Notes under the pieces: model-generated | Seen by the model: the letters and a program-made list of their open reading frames with translations, nothing else | Databases searched by the model: none | What the model was told of the DNA's origin: nothing | Shown here: positions 1-9,217 of the stretch, piece after piece | Numbering within the stretch: position 1 is the stretch's first letter | How the letters are laid out: each line of letters opens with the position of its first letter | Sequence record: PQ559672.1 | Length of the DNA stretch: 32,000 bases | Strand: one strand, 5' to 3' | Origin: Microbacterium phage Clock | Program-made: the position numbers and the translations under genes

Positions 1-126
1 GTGTGGGTCTGGAAGGTCATCATCACTTCCATCGATCCCGTGGAGGCGAACAACGTGTTCGTCGGCATCACCGCTCACATCACCGTGCTGTCGCGCTCCG
101 CGACCGCCGTGGCAATCGGCGCCTGA
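1..126 (+). CDS. C-terminal fragment of an upstream gene, probably the major tail protein (partial)
   Basis: Frame 1 is open from the window edge to TGA at 124-126 (VWVWKVIITSIDPVEANNVFVGITAHITVLSRSATAVAIGA). Position immediately before the tail assembly chaperone is typical of a major tail protein. Product is inferred from synteny only. Confidence 0.5.
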   Translation: MWVWKVIITSIDPVEANNVFVGITAHITVLSRSATAVAIGA

Positions 127-155
127 CCAGCGCCCCCAACCAAGGAGACAGAACA

Positions 156-728
156 ATGGTATTCGCATCATACGATGAGCTCAAGGCAGCGGTCGCGAAG
201 CGCCGTGCCGAGATCCTGACGCTCGAGGTCGACCTCGGCAGTGACTACTCCCCGGAGTATGAAGCTGCCAAGGCCGAGCTCGCGCAGGCCAAGGCCATGA
301 AGATGGCCACGGGCGGCGGGTTCCTCGGCGACAACATCGGCACGCTCGAGGCTCGTGTGGCTGAGCTCAAGCCTGAGGCACAGAACGTCTACGTCCAGTA
401 CAAGAAGCTGGACCTCGGCGAGTGGGCCACACTGCTGAAGCAGGCAGGCAACGGCATGATCGATCAGTACGAGAAGGTTCTCCCGAAGACCTTCGTCGCG
501 GTGTACGGCCAGGACCCGGTGAAGCCGGAGGACTGGGACGAGACGCACCCTGACGAGGCCTGGGAGCAGCCCACTCCGCTGAGCACGGACGCCAGGCTTC
601 TGTCCACCAAGGGGAACGACGGAATTCTGCCGGGTGGGGCTCTGAACTCGGTCATCCAGAACTTCATGGCCTGGCAGAACTCGGGGGGCGATGTCACCAT
701 CCGCCCTACGAAATCGGGCCGCGACTAG
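156..728 (+). CDS. Tail assembly chaperone (G-like, unshifted product)
   Basis: ATG at 156 preceded by AAGGAG (141-146). The acidic/helical protein MVFASYDELKAAVAKRRAE... lies directly upstream of the tape measure gene, and a slippery heptamer lies near its 3' end. Confidence 0.8.
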   Translation: MVFASYDELKAAVAKRRAEILTLEVDLGSDYSPEYEAAKAELAQAKAMKMATGGGFLGDNIGTLEARVAELKPEAQNVYVQYKKLDLGEWATLLKQAGNGMIDQYEKVLPKTFVAVYGQDPVKPEDWDETHPDEAWEQPTPLSTDARLLSTKGNDGILPGGALNSVIQNFMAWQNSGGDVTIRPTKSGRD

Positions 729-1117
729 CTCTTCTGCTAGACATGGCCCTGGTGTCGGGGCGACCCCCGGTTCGCCTCCTTGACGAGGGAAGCCCCGACA
801 CCTGGACAGAGCTTGACCTTGAAGTGGTAAGCCAATGGAAGTTCATCAAGGACGCTAGGTGCCCAAGCTGCGGGCGACCGCTAGCTCAGCACATCTACAA
901 TTCAAGACTCGGTAGGGAAGAAACCATCGAGGACTATACCGCCTGGTCCATGGAATGCCCCGCCCAGCAGGCAATCGCCCAGGGCCAGCACCAGTGGGAT
1001 CAGGTTCACAAGTCCGAGATTGAAGCTCACCAGAAAGGCAACGGGCCGGACCCCAGGTTGGGGACCTTCTGGTTCAGCCAGCGTGAGGGTGAAGCCCTAC
1101 CCCAACCGGAAAAGTAA
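683..1117 (+). CDS. Tail assembly chaperone GT extension, expressed by -1 frameshift at 683-689
   Basis: Zero-frame codons read TCG GGG GGC. The heptamer G GGG GGC (683-689) allows tandem -1 re-pairing. The -1 frame is open from there to the stop at 1117 (...RHHPPYEIGPRLALLLDMALVSGRPP...CPSCGRPLAQH...). The in-frame ATG at 743 has no good Shine-Dalgarno sequence. Confidence 0.8.
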   Translation, partial: GGRCHHPPYEIGPRLALLLDMALVSGRPPVRLLDEGSPDTWTELDLEVVSQWKFIKDARCPSCGRPLAQHIYNSRLGREETIEDYTAWSMECPAQQAIAQGQHQWDQVHKSEIEAHQKGNGPDPRLGTFWFSQREGEALPQPEK

Positions 1118-1135
1118 TCAGGAAAGGAGAGCAGC

Positions 1136-3574
1136 ATGGCCGACAACGATGTTCGCATCAAGGTCTCAGTCGACGGTGCCGAGCAGTCCGCCAAGGGCCT
1201 CGCCGGTGTCGGCGATGCTGCCTCCGATGCTGATGGCAAGACGTCCAAGCTGGCCGGGGGGCTGAAGGGCGTCGGAACCGCACTCGTGAGCCTGACGGGT
1301 GTGGCCGTCGCCGCTGGCGGAGCCCTTGCAGGGGCAGTCACATCTTCTTACGCTTCTGCTGAGCAGAGCGTGGGCGGCATTGAGACGCTCTTCAAGGGCT
1401 CCGCCGACAGGATGAAGGCATACGCTCAGGACGCCTACAAGACGGCTGGCCTGAGCGCGAACGAGTACATGGAACAGGCCACTTCCATGTCGGCTTCGCT
1501 GATCCAGTCGGTCGGTGGCGACACCGCCAAGGCTGCGGAGCTGGCGAACACGGCTCTGGTCGCCATGAGCGACAACGCGAACAAGATGGGCACCGATCTG
1601 GGGATGATCCAGAACGCCTTCGGCGGTTTCGCGAAGCAGAACTTCACCATGCTCGACAACCTGAAGCTCGGGTATGGTGGCACCAAGGAAGAGATGCAGC
1701 GCCTCCTCAGCGACGCGGAGAAGCTGCCCGGTGCACTTGGTCAGAAGTTTGACCTCAACAACTACGGTGACGTCGTCACTGCCATCCAGCTCATCCAGGA
1801 GGAGATGGGCATCGCCGGCACGACCGCCAAGGAGGCGGCGAGCACCATCAGCGGTTCGTTCGGGATGCTCAAGGGCTCCTGGGACAACCTGCTGGTCGCG
1901 CTGGGCTCGGCGAACAACGAGTCCCTCAGCTTCCTGAACGTGCAGGAGCAGGCGCAGAACGTCATCAGCAGCCTCCAGACGGTGCTGGGCAACCTGACTC
2001 CCGTCATCGAGTCCATCGGCCAGGGCATGGCCACACTCGGACCCCAGCTCGGGACGATGATGGGCTCGCTGGTGGACGCCATCGCTGCGGCGATCCCCGC
2101 CGTGCTGGATGCTGGTGTGGCCCTGGTGGGCGGACTGATCACCGGCATCAGCAGCGCGCTTCCCCAGCTCATCACGGCGCTGGTGCCTGGCGTCATCGGC
2201 CTGGTGCAGATGCTGGCGACGGTGCTGCCCCAGCTCATCACTGCTGGCGCGCAGGCGGTGGCAAGCCTGGCCATCGGCATCGGCAACGCACTGCCTACCC
2301 TGATCCCCGTCCTGGTGACCGGCATCGTCAACATGGTGGACGCGCTCATCCAGGCGGCACCTATGCTCATCGGTGCTGGGCTCACGCTCATCCAGGGTCT
2401 GGCTGACGGCCTGCTGGCTGCCATGCCGGTACTGATCGAGTCGCTGCCGATGCTCATCGAGGGCATCGTGACGTTCCTGACCACCAGCATCCCGGTGATC
2501 CTGGAGGCGGGCATCCAGCTCTTCACGGGGCTGATCCAGGCGCTGCCTGAGGTCATCACCCAGATCGTGGCTGTGCTGCCTGGAATGATCACCAGCATCA
2601 TCAACGCGCTGATCACGCTCATCCCCATGATCGTGCAGGCCGGTGTTCAGCTGCTGACCAGCCTGGTGACCAACCTGCCCCAGATCATCACGACCCTGGT
2701 GGCAGCCATCCCGCAGATCATCACGGCCATCCTGAACGCCGTGCTGGGGGCTATCCCGGTTATCATCCAGGGCGGCATCGACCTGTTCATCGCGCTGATC
2801 GGTGCCCTGCCCCAGATCATCGTGACCATCGTCGGTGCGATCCCCAAGATCATCACTGGGGTCATCAACGCGCTGGTGTCGGCCATCCCCCAGATCATCG
2901 CGGCCGGTGTGCAGCTCCTGGTAGCCCTCGTCAAGAACATGCCTGCCATCCTCGGCGGTATCATCGGGGCCATCCCGCAGATCATCGGCGGCATCGTCGG
3001 TGCCATCGTGGGCGCGGTGCCCGAGCTGGCTAACGCGGGCCTGCGGCTCATCCAGGGGCTCTGGAAGGGTATCAGCGACGCTGCGGGCTGGCTGATGGGC
3101 AAGATCGGTGGATTCGTCGACCAGGTCATGGGCGGCATCAAGGACTTCTTCGGCATCAAGTCGCCGTCCAAGCGGATGGAGTTCGAGGTCGGCGTTCAGC
3201 TGCCTGCGGGCCTCGGTGAAGGTGTGGAGAAGAACGAGGACGCGGCTATCAAGCCCATCCAGGACCTGAACCAGTCCATCATGGACGAGGCCCTGAAGCT
3301 GAACACCACGCTCGCGTTCACTCACGACACCAAGCTCACACAGACGATGGTCCCGATGCAGGCCACGGCCCAGCAGCAGGGGCCGGTCCAGGTAGAAGCC
3401 ACCCTGGACCCCACCCTGATCGGCACGGCGCTCAGCGAGGCACTGACCTCCAACGACCGGGGCAACGATCAGGCAACCGTTTCGCTTGACAGGGCATCCG
3501 CCCGACTGCTGGCAGCAGAGATCGTAGACGCCATGCGCGTCCAGTCACGACAGGGGGTGGTCACTCTTGGCTGA
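1136..3574 (+). CDS. Tape measure protein (812 aa)
   Basis: Long ORF with an SD (GGAAAGGAG). N-terminus is MADNDVRIKVSVDGAEQSAKGLAGVG...TSSYASAEQSVGGIETLFKGSADRMK, followed by long hydrophobic repeats (LPQIIT/IPQIIxxI) and then a PSKRMEFEVGVQLPAGLGEGVE region, as in phage tape measure proteins. Confidence 0.93.
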   Translation: MADNDVRIKVSVDGAEQSAKGLAGVGDAASDADGKTSKLAGGLKGVGTALVSLTGVAVAAGGALAGAVTSSYASAEQSVGGIETLFKGSADRMKAYAQDAYKTAGLSANEYMEQATSMSASLIQSVGGDTAKAAELANTALVAMSDNANKMGTDLGMIQNAFGGFAKQNFTMLDNLKLGYGGTKEEMQRLLSDAEKLPGALGQKFDLNNYGDVVTAIQLIQEEMGIAGTTAKEAASTISGSFGMLKGSWDNLLVALGSANNESLSFLNVQEQAQNVISSLQTVLGNLTPVIESIGQGMATLGPQLGTMMGSLVDAIAAAIPAVLDAGVALVGGLITGISSALPQLITALVPGVIGLVQMLATVLPQLITAGAQAVASLAIGIGNALPTLIPVLVTGIVNMVDALIQAAPMLIGAGLTLIQGLADGLLAAMPVLIESLPMLIEGIVTFLTTSIPVILEAGIQLFTGLIQALPEVITQIVAVLPGMITSIINALITLIPMIVQAGVQLLTSLVTNLPQIITTLVAAIPQIITAILNAVLGAIPVIIQGGIDLFIALIGALPQIIVTIVGAIPKIITGVINALVSAIPQIIAAGVQLLVALVKNMPAILGGIIGAIPQIIGGIVGAIVGAVPELANAGLRLIQGLWKGISDAAGWLMGKIGGFVDQVMGGIKDFFGIKSPSKRMEFEVGVQLPAGLGEGVEKNEDAAIKPIQDLNQSIMDEALKLNTTLAFTHDTKLTQTMVPMQATAQQQGPVQVEATLDPTLIGTALSEALTSNDRGNDQATVSLDRASARLLAAEIVDAMRVQSRQGVVTLG

Positions 3575-5804
3575 TGCAAACACTGGCTCCAACGCAATCC
3601 TCCGGATGGAGGCCTGGGTAACCGGGACCAGCGTCGGGGGCAACTACAACAACTTCCACTGGAAGCTGTCGCTCATCGAGAAGACCGGCCAGACCTTCGG
3701 GTGGTCCGGTGGCCTTGGGGCGTCCGTCGAGGTCTTCTGGGACGGTGGCGGCTACGCCGTGCCCTGGAGCGGTAGCTTCGCCTTCGACTTCCGCCCTGGT
3801 GGCCAGCAGTCGGTCGTGATCGCTGAGGGTGACCTCAACGGAATGAGCAACTTCGGCGACGGCAGCCCGCGCACGTTCACGTTCCGCGGCAACATGGCCA
3901 ACTCCGGAACGTCCACCGTCGGCGGTCCGACCAGCGTGGATCAGGCGGTTGCTGGTGCCTGGACTCGTGTGGCCCCGGGAGCACCTTCCGGCGTCGGCGC
4001 GGTCTACGTCAGCGACACCCAGATCACCCTGAACTGGACGAACACCGGCCCCGGCAACGGCCCGTCGCAGTCGAACCAGATCATGCAGTCGGTTGACGGC
4101 GGCGCGTTCACCCAGATCCTGGACATCGGTGCCACCAGCTCGGCAGTCATCGGTGTCTCGGCCAACCACAAGTATCAGTTCAAGGTCAAGGCATGGAACA
4201 GCCCTGCGGGCTTCGGCCCGGAGTCGGCTGCCAGCGCTGCGGTCTACACGACCCCCGGCGCACCGACCAACGCTGTCGCGACCAAGCTGGCGAACCAGGA
4301 CATCCAGATCACGTTCACTGAGAACGTGAACTATGCGGAGTACAATCACGAGGTCTGGCATGGCACCGTCACGGGCGGTGTCACCACATGGGATGGCGCT
4401 GCGCTGACGACACTCGCGTCCGGTGTCCTGAGCTACACACACGCGGCACCGAACCCCAGCCAGATTCACGTCTACCGGGTGCGGGCGAAGCAGGGCTCGC
4501 TTCTGTCGGGCTACGCGGTGTCCAACAGTGTTCAGCTCCTCATCGCGCCGAACGCGCCTACGGTCACGGCCCCGCCGACCTATCAGGACAAGACCATCCA
4601 GCCGAACTTCAGCTGGGTGCACAACTCTGTCGACACGACTCCTCAGTCGGCCTACGAACTGCGGTACAGCACCGACGGCGGCAGCACTTGGACGACCACG
4701 GGCAAGGTCGTCAGCACGGCCAACAACCGTACGATCGCCACCCTGTTCCCGGCCAACACTGCTCTTCAGGTGCAGGTCCGCACTTGGGGCCAGGCCACCA
4801 CGGGCGGCAGCGAGGGAACGGGTGCTTCGCCCTTCTCGGCCACACGAACCACGACCTTCAAGACGGTTCCAGTGGCGACGGTGCCCGTGCCCGCCAACGG
4901 CAGCAACCTGAACGACTCGGTCATCCGTGCCACGGTCGGGTTCGCCCAGGCTGAGGGAGCCACGTTCGTCAAGGCCGAGCTGGAGCTGAAGCAGGGTGCA
5001 ACGCTCCTGGAGGCGCTGGAGTCTACCGTCCTCGTGGGCATCGCTTTCAGCACTCCGGCGCTGAATGGCCAGAGCTACACGGTTCGGGCTCGAGTGCAGG
5101 ACTCGAACGGCCTCTGGTCCGCATGGGCGACCACCACGTTCAACATCGTGTACCTCGCCCCCGTGCCTGCGGTTGGTGCGGTCAGCTACGTGGCGAACTC
5201 CGGATACGGGCAGCTCGATCTCACCATCGCTGCGCCGGGGGGCGGGCAGGCAGCCGCAACCACCCTGACCATCACACGGGCCATCGACGGGGTGACTGAG
5301 ACCGTGGTGGAGAACTACCCGGTGTCGGCTGCGCTCACGTTCCTGGACACCACGCCGACCATCCACGGCACGAACACCTACACGGTCACCACGTTCAGCG
5401 CGCTGGGGGCCAAGTCCTCCATCACGCTCACGCTGGTCACCACGGAGTGCCGTCGGGCGTTCCTGAGCAAGGGGCCGGGGTTCGGTGTCGTCGGCGTCTT
5501 CGGCGGCAACCTCGAGGTCGATGAGTCACTCAGTGTGGCCAGCGCCACGGTCGGGGCTGCGGGGCGCACCAAGCCGATCGGCCTGTACGGGGTGGAGACC
5601 AGCGTCAAGCTCAAGGTCAAGTCGTTCGTCTTCCCCAACTTCGGTTCCACGGTCGACGAGCTGCGCAAGCTGCTCCTCCTCCCGGGGAAGGCGTGCTACC
5701 GCGACAGCAGCGGCCGACGAGTGTTCGGCACGGCAAGCGGCAGCGTTTCCTACAAGAAGACGGACCGAGGCGACCTCAGCTTCACGATGACGGAGACCAG
5801 CTGA
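3567..5804 (+). CDS. Minor tail protein with fibronectin type III-like repeats (745 aa)
   Basis: TTG start at 3567 overlapping the TMP stop. Repeated FN3-like segments (APSGVGAVYVSDTQITLNWTNTGPGNGPS..., APTNAVATKLANQDIQITF..., APTVTAPPTYQDKTIQPNFSW...). Confidence 0.8.
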   Translation: MADANTGSNAILRMEAWVTGTSVGGNYNNFHWKLSLIEKTGQTFGWSGGLGASVEVFWDGGGYAVPWSGSFAFDFRPGGQQSVVIAEGDLNGMSNFGDGSPRTFTFRGNMANSGTSTVGGPTSVDQAVAGAWTRVAPGAPSGVGAVYVSDTQITLNWTNTGPGNGPSQSNQIMQSVDGGAFTQILDIGATSSAVIGVSANHKYQFKVKAWNSPAGFGPESAASAAVYTTPGAPTNAVATKLANQDIQITFTENVNYAEYNHEVWHGTVTGGVTTWDGAALTTLASGVLSYTHAAPNPSQIHVYRVRAKQGSLLSGYAVSNSVQLLIAPNAPTVTAPPTYQDKTIQPNFSWVHNSVDTTPQSAYELRYSTDGGSTWTTTGKVVSTANNRTIATLFPANTALQVQVRTWGQATTGGSEGTGASPFSATRTTTFKTVPVATVPVPANGSNLNDSVIRATVGFAQAEGATFVKAELELKQGATLLEALESTVLVGIAFSTPALNGQSYTVRARVQDSNGLWSAWATTTFNIVYLAPVPAVGAVSYVANSGYGQLDLTIAAPGGGQAAATTLTITRAIDGVTETVVENYPVSAALTFLDTTPTIHGTNTYTVTTFSALGAKSSITLTLVTTECRRAFLSKGPGFGVVGVFGGNLEVDESLSVASATVGAAGRTKPIGLYGVETSVKLKVKSFVFPNFGSTVDELRKLLLLPGKACYRDSSGRRVFGTASGSVSYKKTDRGDLSFTMTETS

Positions 5805-7576
5805 TGCCTACCCCCATCATCCCGATCCTGGACCTCACGACCGAGGACGTCCTCTACGGTGACCGTGTCACGTCGTACCGCTGGGAAGTGCTGGCGCACC
5901 CCCGCACACGGCGCAACCTGTCCATGAACCCCTGGCCCTACAGTCCGGGATCCACGGCGGACTACGGCAGCCGATGGAGCGCCAGCCGTGCGCTGAACTT
6001 CGGGGACGTCACCTGGACCATGACCCTGGCCCGTGACTCGGCCGGTGTCGGGTACGACATCCGGGGCAACGCGGACATCCCGCCTGGAACCACTGACGAC
6101 TGGATCAGCATCCCGATGCAGAAGGGTGACACCATCTACATCGGCGCTGAGATGAACTGGAACAAGGCAGTCACGAACCAGGTCATCTTCCGCCTCCACG
6201 ACGGCGCGGGCAACTGGCTCGGGGCTCCGGCTGGTGGCGCACCTGTCGCCGTCCCTGCGAACACCTGGACGCGCGTCGGCGCAGGCTACACAGCCACGGC
6301 TGACGGCTTCCTGGTGGCGCGCATCCAGGCTACGGCTGGTGTGGCCCTCGTGATCGGCGACACGTTCAAGACGCGGCTGCTGGTCATGGACCCCGGAACA
6401 CTCATCTTCGAAGGATACTTCGATGGAGGCTTCAACGCGATGAGTCGCTGGGCTACGGCCCCGGCCAACGGTTCGGCAAGCTACCCCGGCCCCAGCTATC
6501 AGGTCCCTGCTACGGACCAGCTTCTGGGCATCCTGGACGGCGTCAGCGATGGCGGTCTCACCTGGACTCAGAACGCTGCTGTCAAGGGCGGGGGCAAGGC
6601 CACGGTCGTGGACCTGGCAGTCGCTGAGGCGGGCAAGCTGCGCATCGGTGACCTCGCTCTCGAGTCGGTGCGCCTGCGGCCCGTGTGCCTGGTCGCCGGC
6701 CTCCCGGAGAACCCCCTCGGCATCTTCCTGCTCAGCTCGGCGGTGGAGGAGTGGGAGGACACCGGTCGGGTCTGGAACATCAGCCTGCTGGACCGGTGCA
6801 CGGTGCCCAGCCAGGACGCGTTCGACCAGTCGTACTCGGTGCCTGCGGGCACGCTCATCCTGAAGCAGGTGCAGACCATCCTCACTACCTGCGGTGAGTT
6901 CATGCCGATCGATGCATCCAACACTCTGGCCACGGCGAACGGCATGGCCTGGGAGGCGGGCACCAGCAAGCTGAAGGTCATCAATGACCTGCTCGACGTG
7001 GCAGGCTACAACGCTCTCTGGATGGACGGTCAGGGCAACTACCAGGCGACGCCCCGTGTGCTGCCTGCTGACCGCTCCATCAACTACGAGGTACTCGGTA
7101 TCCCTCGCGAACTGAAGGATGGCGAGCAGGCCATCTATCAGCCCGACTGGACCCGCGATCGTGACAGCTTCGAGGTCCCGAACAAGGTGATCGCGGTGCA
7201 GGCGGCTGGTGGGGATGATGTGGCTGCGCTGGTGGGCACCTGGACCAACACGGACCGGAACAGCCCCTACAGCTACCAGTCGCGCGGGCGCTGGATCCCC
7301 CACGTCCTTGACTCGGTTGAGTGCCCCGACGGCACCGACCCCCAGGTGATCGCCTTCCTTCAGTCACGAGCGCGGGCCACACTGGTCCAGATGAGCGCGG
7401 TGCAGGCGCAGGTCAAGATCACGAACCTTCCCATCCCGGTGCGGGTGGGCGACGTCGTTAGGTTCGCGAACACCAAGGCTGGGGTTGACGCCCGCCATGT
7501 CATCACGCGCATCGAGCTCGATGTCACGCCGACCGGCCTCATGCGCACCAATCTTCAGGAGGTGATCTCGCTGTGA
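5804..7576 (+). CDS. Minor tail protein / baseplate-type protein (590 aa)
   Basis: ATG at 5804 overlaps the previous TGA and has an upstream GGAG. MPTPIIPILDLTTEDVLYGDRVTSYRWEVLAHPRTRRNLSMNPWPYSPGS... is in tail operon context. The supplied ORF start (5693) is an upstream in-frame extension. Confidence 0.8.
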   Translation: MPTPIIPILDLTTEDVLYGDRVTSYRWEVLAHPRTRRNLSMNPWPYSPGSTADYGSRWSASRALNFGDVTWTMTLARDSAGVGYDIRGNADIPPGTTDDWISIPMQKGDTIYIGAEMNWNKAVTNQVIFRLHDGAGNWLGAPAGGAPVAVPANTWTRVGAGYTATADGFLVARIQATAGVALVIGDTFKTRLLVMDPGTLIFEGYFDGGFNAMSRWATAPANGSASYPGPSYQVPATDQLLGILDGVSDGGLTWTQNAAVKGGGKATVVDLAVAEAGKLRIGDLALESVRLRPVCLVAGLPENPLGIFLLSSAVEEWEDTGRVWNISLLDRCTVPSQDAFDQSYSVPAGTLILKQVQTILTTCGEFMPIDASNTLATANGMAWEAGTSKLKVINDLLDVAGYNALWMDGQGNYQATPRVLPADRSINYEVLGIPRELKDGEQAIYQPDWTRDRDSFEVPNKVIAVQAAGGDDVAALVGTWTNTDRNSPYSYQSRGRWIPHVLDSVECPDGTDPQVIAFLQSRARATLVQMSAVQAQVKITNLPIPVRVGDVVRFANTKAGVDARHVITRIELDVTPTGLMRTNLQEVISL

Positions 7577-9042
7577 GCGTTCAGACCATCGGGGACATGA
7601 CGTCCTTCAAGTGGGCCACGGTCACCAGCGCTAGCCCGCTGGCTATCAAGCTCGATGGCGACACCGACCCCCTCGCAATGGTTCCCGACAGCCTGGTCCC
7701 GGCGCTGCTGCTCGCTGCGGGTGACCGCGTGCGGGTGGAGCTCACTCAGCGCAAGGTGGTCATCCACGGCAAGGCCAACGGCGCAGGGTACACCCGCTCG
7801 GCGCTGCTGCCGAAGAGCTATCTGTACCGCGCCGCGATCGGCAACACTCAGCTCATCTTCGATGGCGTCCTGTCCACGGCGAGCTACCGCTGGGCGGTGC
7901 CCTACGTGCCAGGCGGCGCGCGCACGGTCACGGTCCAGTGGGACGGCGACACCTGGGTCATCATGGGTCAGACGTACGACATCAAGGACATCAACACTCT
8001 CGCCGGCGAGTATCAGCTGGTCCTGGGGGCGAACTGGTATCCCTACGACAGCACCGGCAACTCCAACGACTGGAGTGATGGCCGGTGTGTGGTGCTGCCG
8101 TCTGGCATCACTTCTGTCGGGGGCCTGATCACCCGAAGCGGCAGCCCTGCCGACAACGAGATCATCGCCACCATCCCGGCTGCGGCAGCTCCGGACTACC
8201 CGATCATCTACTACGTGAACAACTCCGATGTCGCCCGCTCGGTCACCGTCAACCCTGACGGCACCATCCGGACCCGTGGCGCGTGGGGGGCGAACACCTT
8301 CGTGTCCCTGGACGCGCTCAAGTGGCCTGCCAAGGGCGTCGCGCAGTGGACCACGGTCACCAACTGGGGGGCGAACTTCGAGGACTACAACTGGAACGGA
8401 AACCCCTGCCGCTTCTGGAAGGATCCGTACGGTTTCGTCTGGTTCACCGGGCTGGTCCGTGTGAAGGTAGCCACATCGGGAGACAACACGAACATCCTGA
8501 ATCTCCCCGCGTCGTGCGCGGTCCCGTCCACCAAGGGTGGGCAGCACTTCCGCACCACGGGTGGTGAGACCTACGCTGGGCTCGGTTCGGTCTATGTGGC
8601 TGGGGCAGGTAACCTCAACTGGAAGACGAACACGAACGGCGCGGTGGGACAGTGGATTAGCCTGGCCCCCGTGCTCTACGCTTCGGCTGATGCCTACACG
8701 CTGAACAACTGGTATCAGCTCCCCTTCCTGAGCAACAACTGGGTTCCCAATGGCGCAGGCCAGCCCAGCCCAGCAGTGACTCGTCGCGAGGATGGTCTGA
8801 TCTGCTGGGTGGGCCTGGCTTCGCTCGGTGGGTACGGAGTCCGGATGGCCATCGCCCCCGCGGACTGTATCCCACGGGAGACTCGTCTGGTGGACACCAT
8901 GAGCAACAACGCCCGATCCCGTGTTGACATGTTCGGATATGATCGCTGGGGCAACTCAGCCGGTCCGCCTGGGGTGGTCTACATGAACCAGGGTACGACA
9001 GCTTCCTGGTTCTCCATCGACGGCATCGGGTACGCGCCTTAG
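7573..9042 (+). CDS. Minor tail protein (489 aa)
   Basis: GTG at 7573 overlaps the previous TGA. Strong SD CAGGAGGTGA. Tail operon position and extended beta-like composition. Confidence 0.75.
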   Translation: MSVQTIGDMTSFKWATVTSASPLAIKLDGDTDPLAMVPDSLVPALLLAAGDRVRVELTQRKVVIHGKANGAGYTRSALLPKSYLYRAAIGNTQLIFDGVLSTASYRWAVPYVPGGARTVTVQWDGDTWVIMGQTYDIKDINTLAGEYQLVLGANWYPYDSTGNSNDWSDGRCVVLPSGITSVGGLITRSGSPADNEIIATIPAAAAPDYPIIYYVNNSDVARSVTVNPDGTIRTRGAWGANTFVSLDALKWPAKGVAQWTTVTNWGANFEDYNWNGNPCRFWKDPYGFVWFTGLVRVKVATSGDNTNILNLPASCAVPSTKGGQHFRTTGGETYAGLGSVYVAGAGNLNWKTNTNGAVGQWISLAPVLYASADAYTLNNWYQLPFLSNNWVPNGAGQPSPAVTRREDGLICWVGLASLGGYGVRMAIAPADCIPRETRLVDTMSNNARSRVDMFGYDRWGNSAGPPGVVYMNQGTTASWFSIDGIGYAP

Positions 9043-9052
9043 GAGGCAAGTG

Positions 9053-9217
9053 ATGAAGTACAACGTAGAGGTTGAGGTTGACTACAGTGAGGCAGCTGAC
9101 CCGGCTGCGCTCACCAGCCTCATCCAGCAGAAGCTCTCCGACGCGTTCATGTCGACGCTCGGGGTTATTGGCTTCCGGATTGAAGGGTTCAGTCCGGCAG
9201 AAGAGGAGGTAGTGTAA
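9053..9217 (+). CDS. Small hypothetical protein, 54 aa (absent from the supplied ORF track)
   Basis: ATG at 9053 just after an AGGAGG (9041-9046). Encodes MKYNVEVEVDYSEAADPAALTSLIQQKLSDAFMSTLGVIGFRIEGFSPAEEEVV. The stop TAA (9215-9217) overlaps the ATG of the endolysin. Confidence 0.8.
   Translation: MKYNVEVEVDYSEAADPAALTSLIQQKLSDAFMSTLGVIGFRIEGFSPAEEEVV

Noticed and set aside
1964-3000. Apparent repeats in the tape measure gene (CCCCAGATCATCAC-like units)
   Set aside because: These encode the hydrophobic IPQII/LPQII repeats normal for tape measure proteins. They are not a CRISPR or mobile element.
1166-3325. 719-aa reverse-strand ORF opposite the tape measure gene
   Set aside because: Antisense shadow in high-GC sequence. 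Composition is rich in R/H/D/G with no recognisable domain or SD, while the forward frame encodes a clear tape measure protein.
3561-5366. 601-aa reverse-strand ORF
   Set aside because: Antisense shadow of the FN3-like minor tail gene; low-complexity R/G/V/H composition.
5750-7303. 517-aa reverse-strand ORF
   Set aside because: Antisense shadow of the 5804..7576 tail gene.
7555-8547. 330-aa reverse-strand ORF
   Set aside because: Antisense shadow of the 7573..9042 tail gene.
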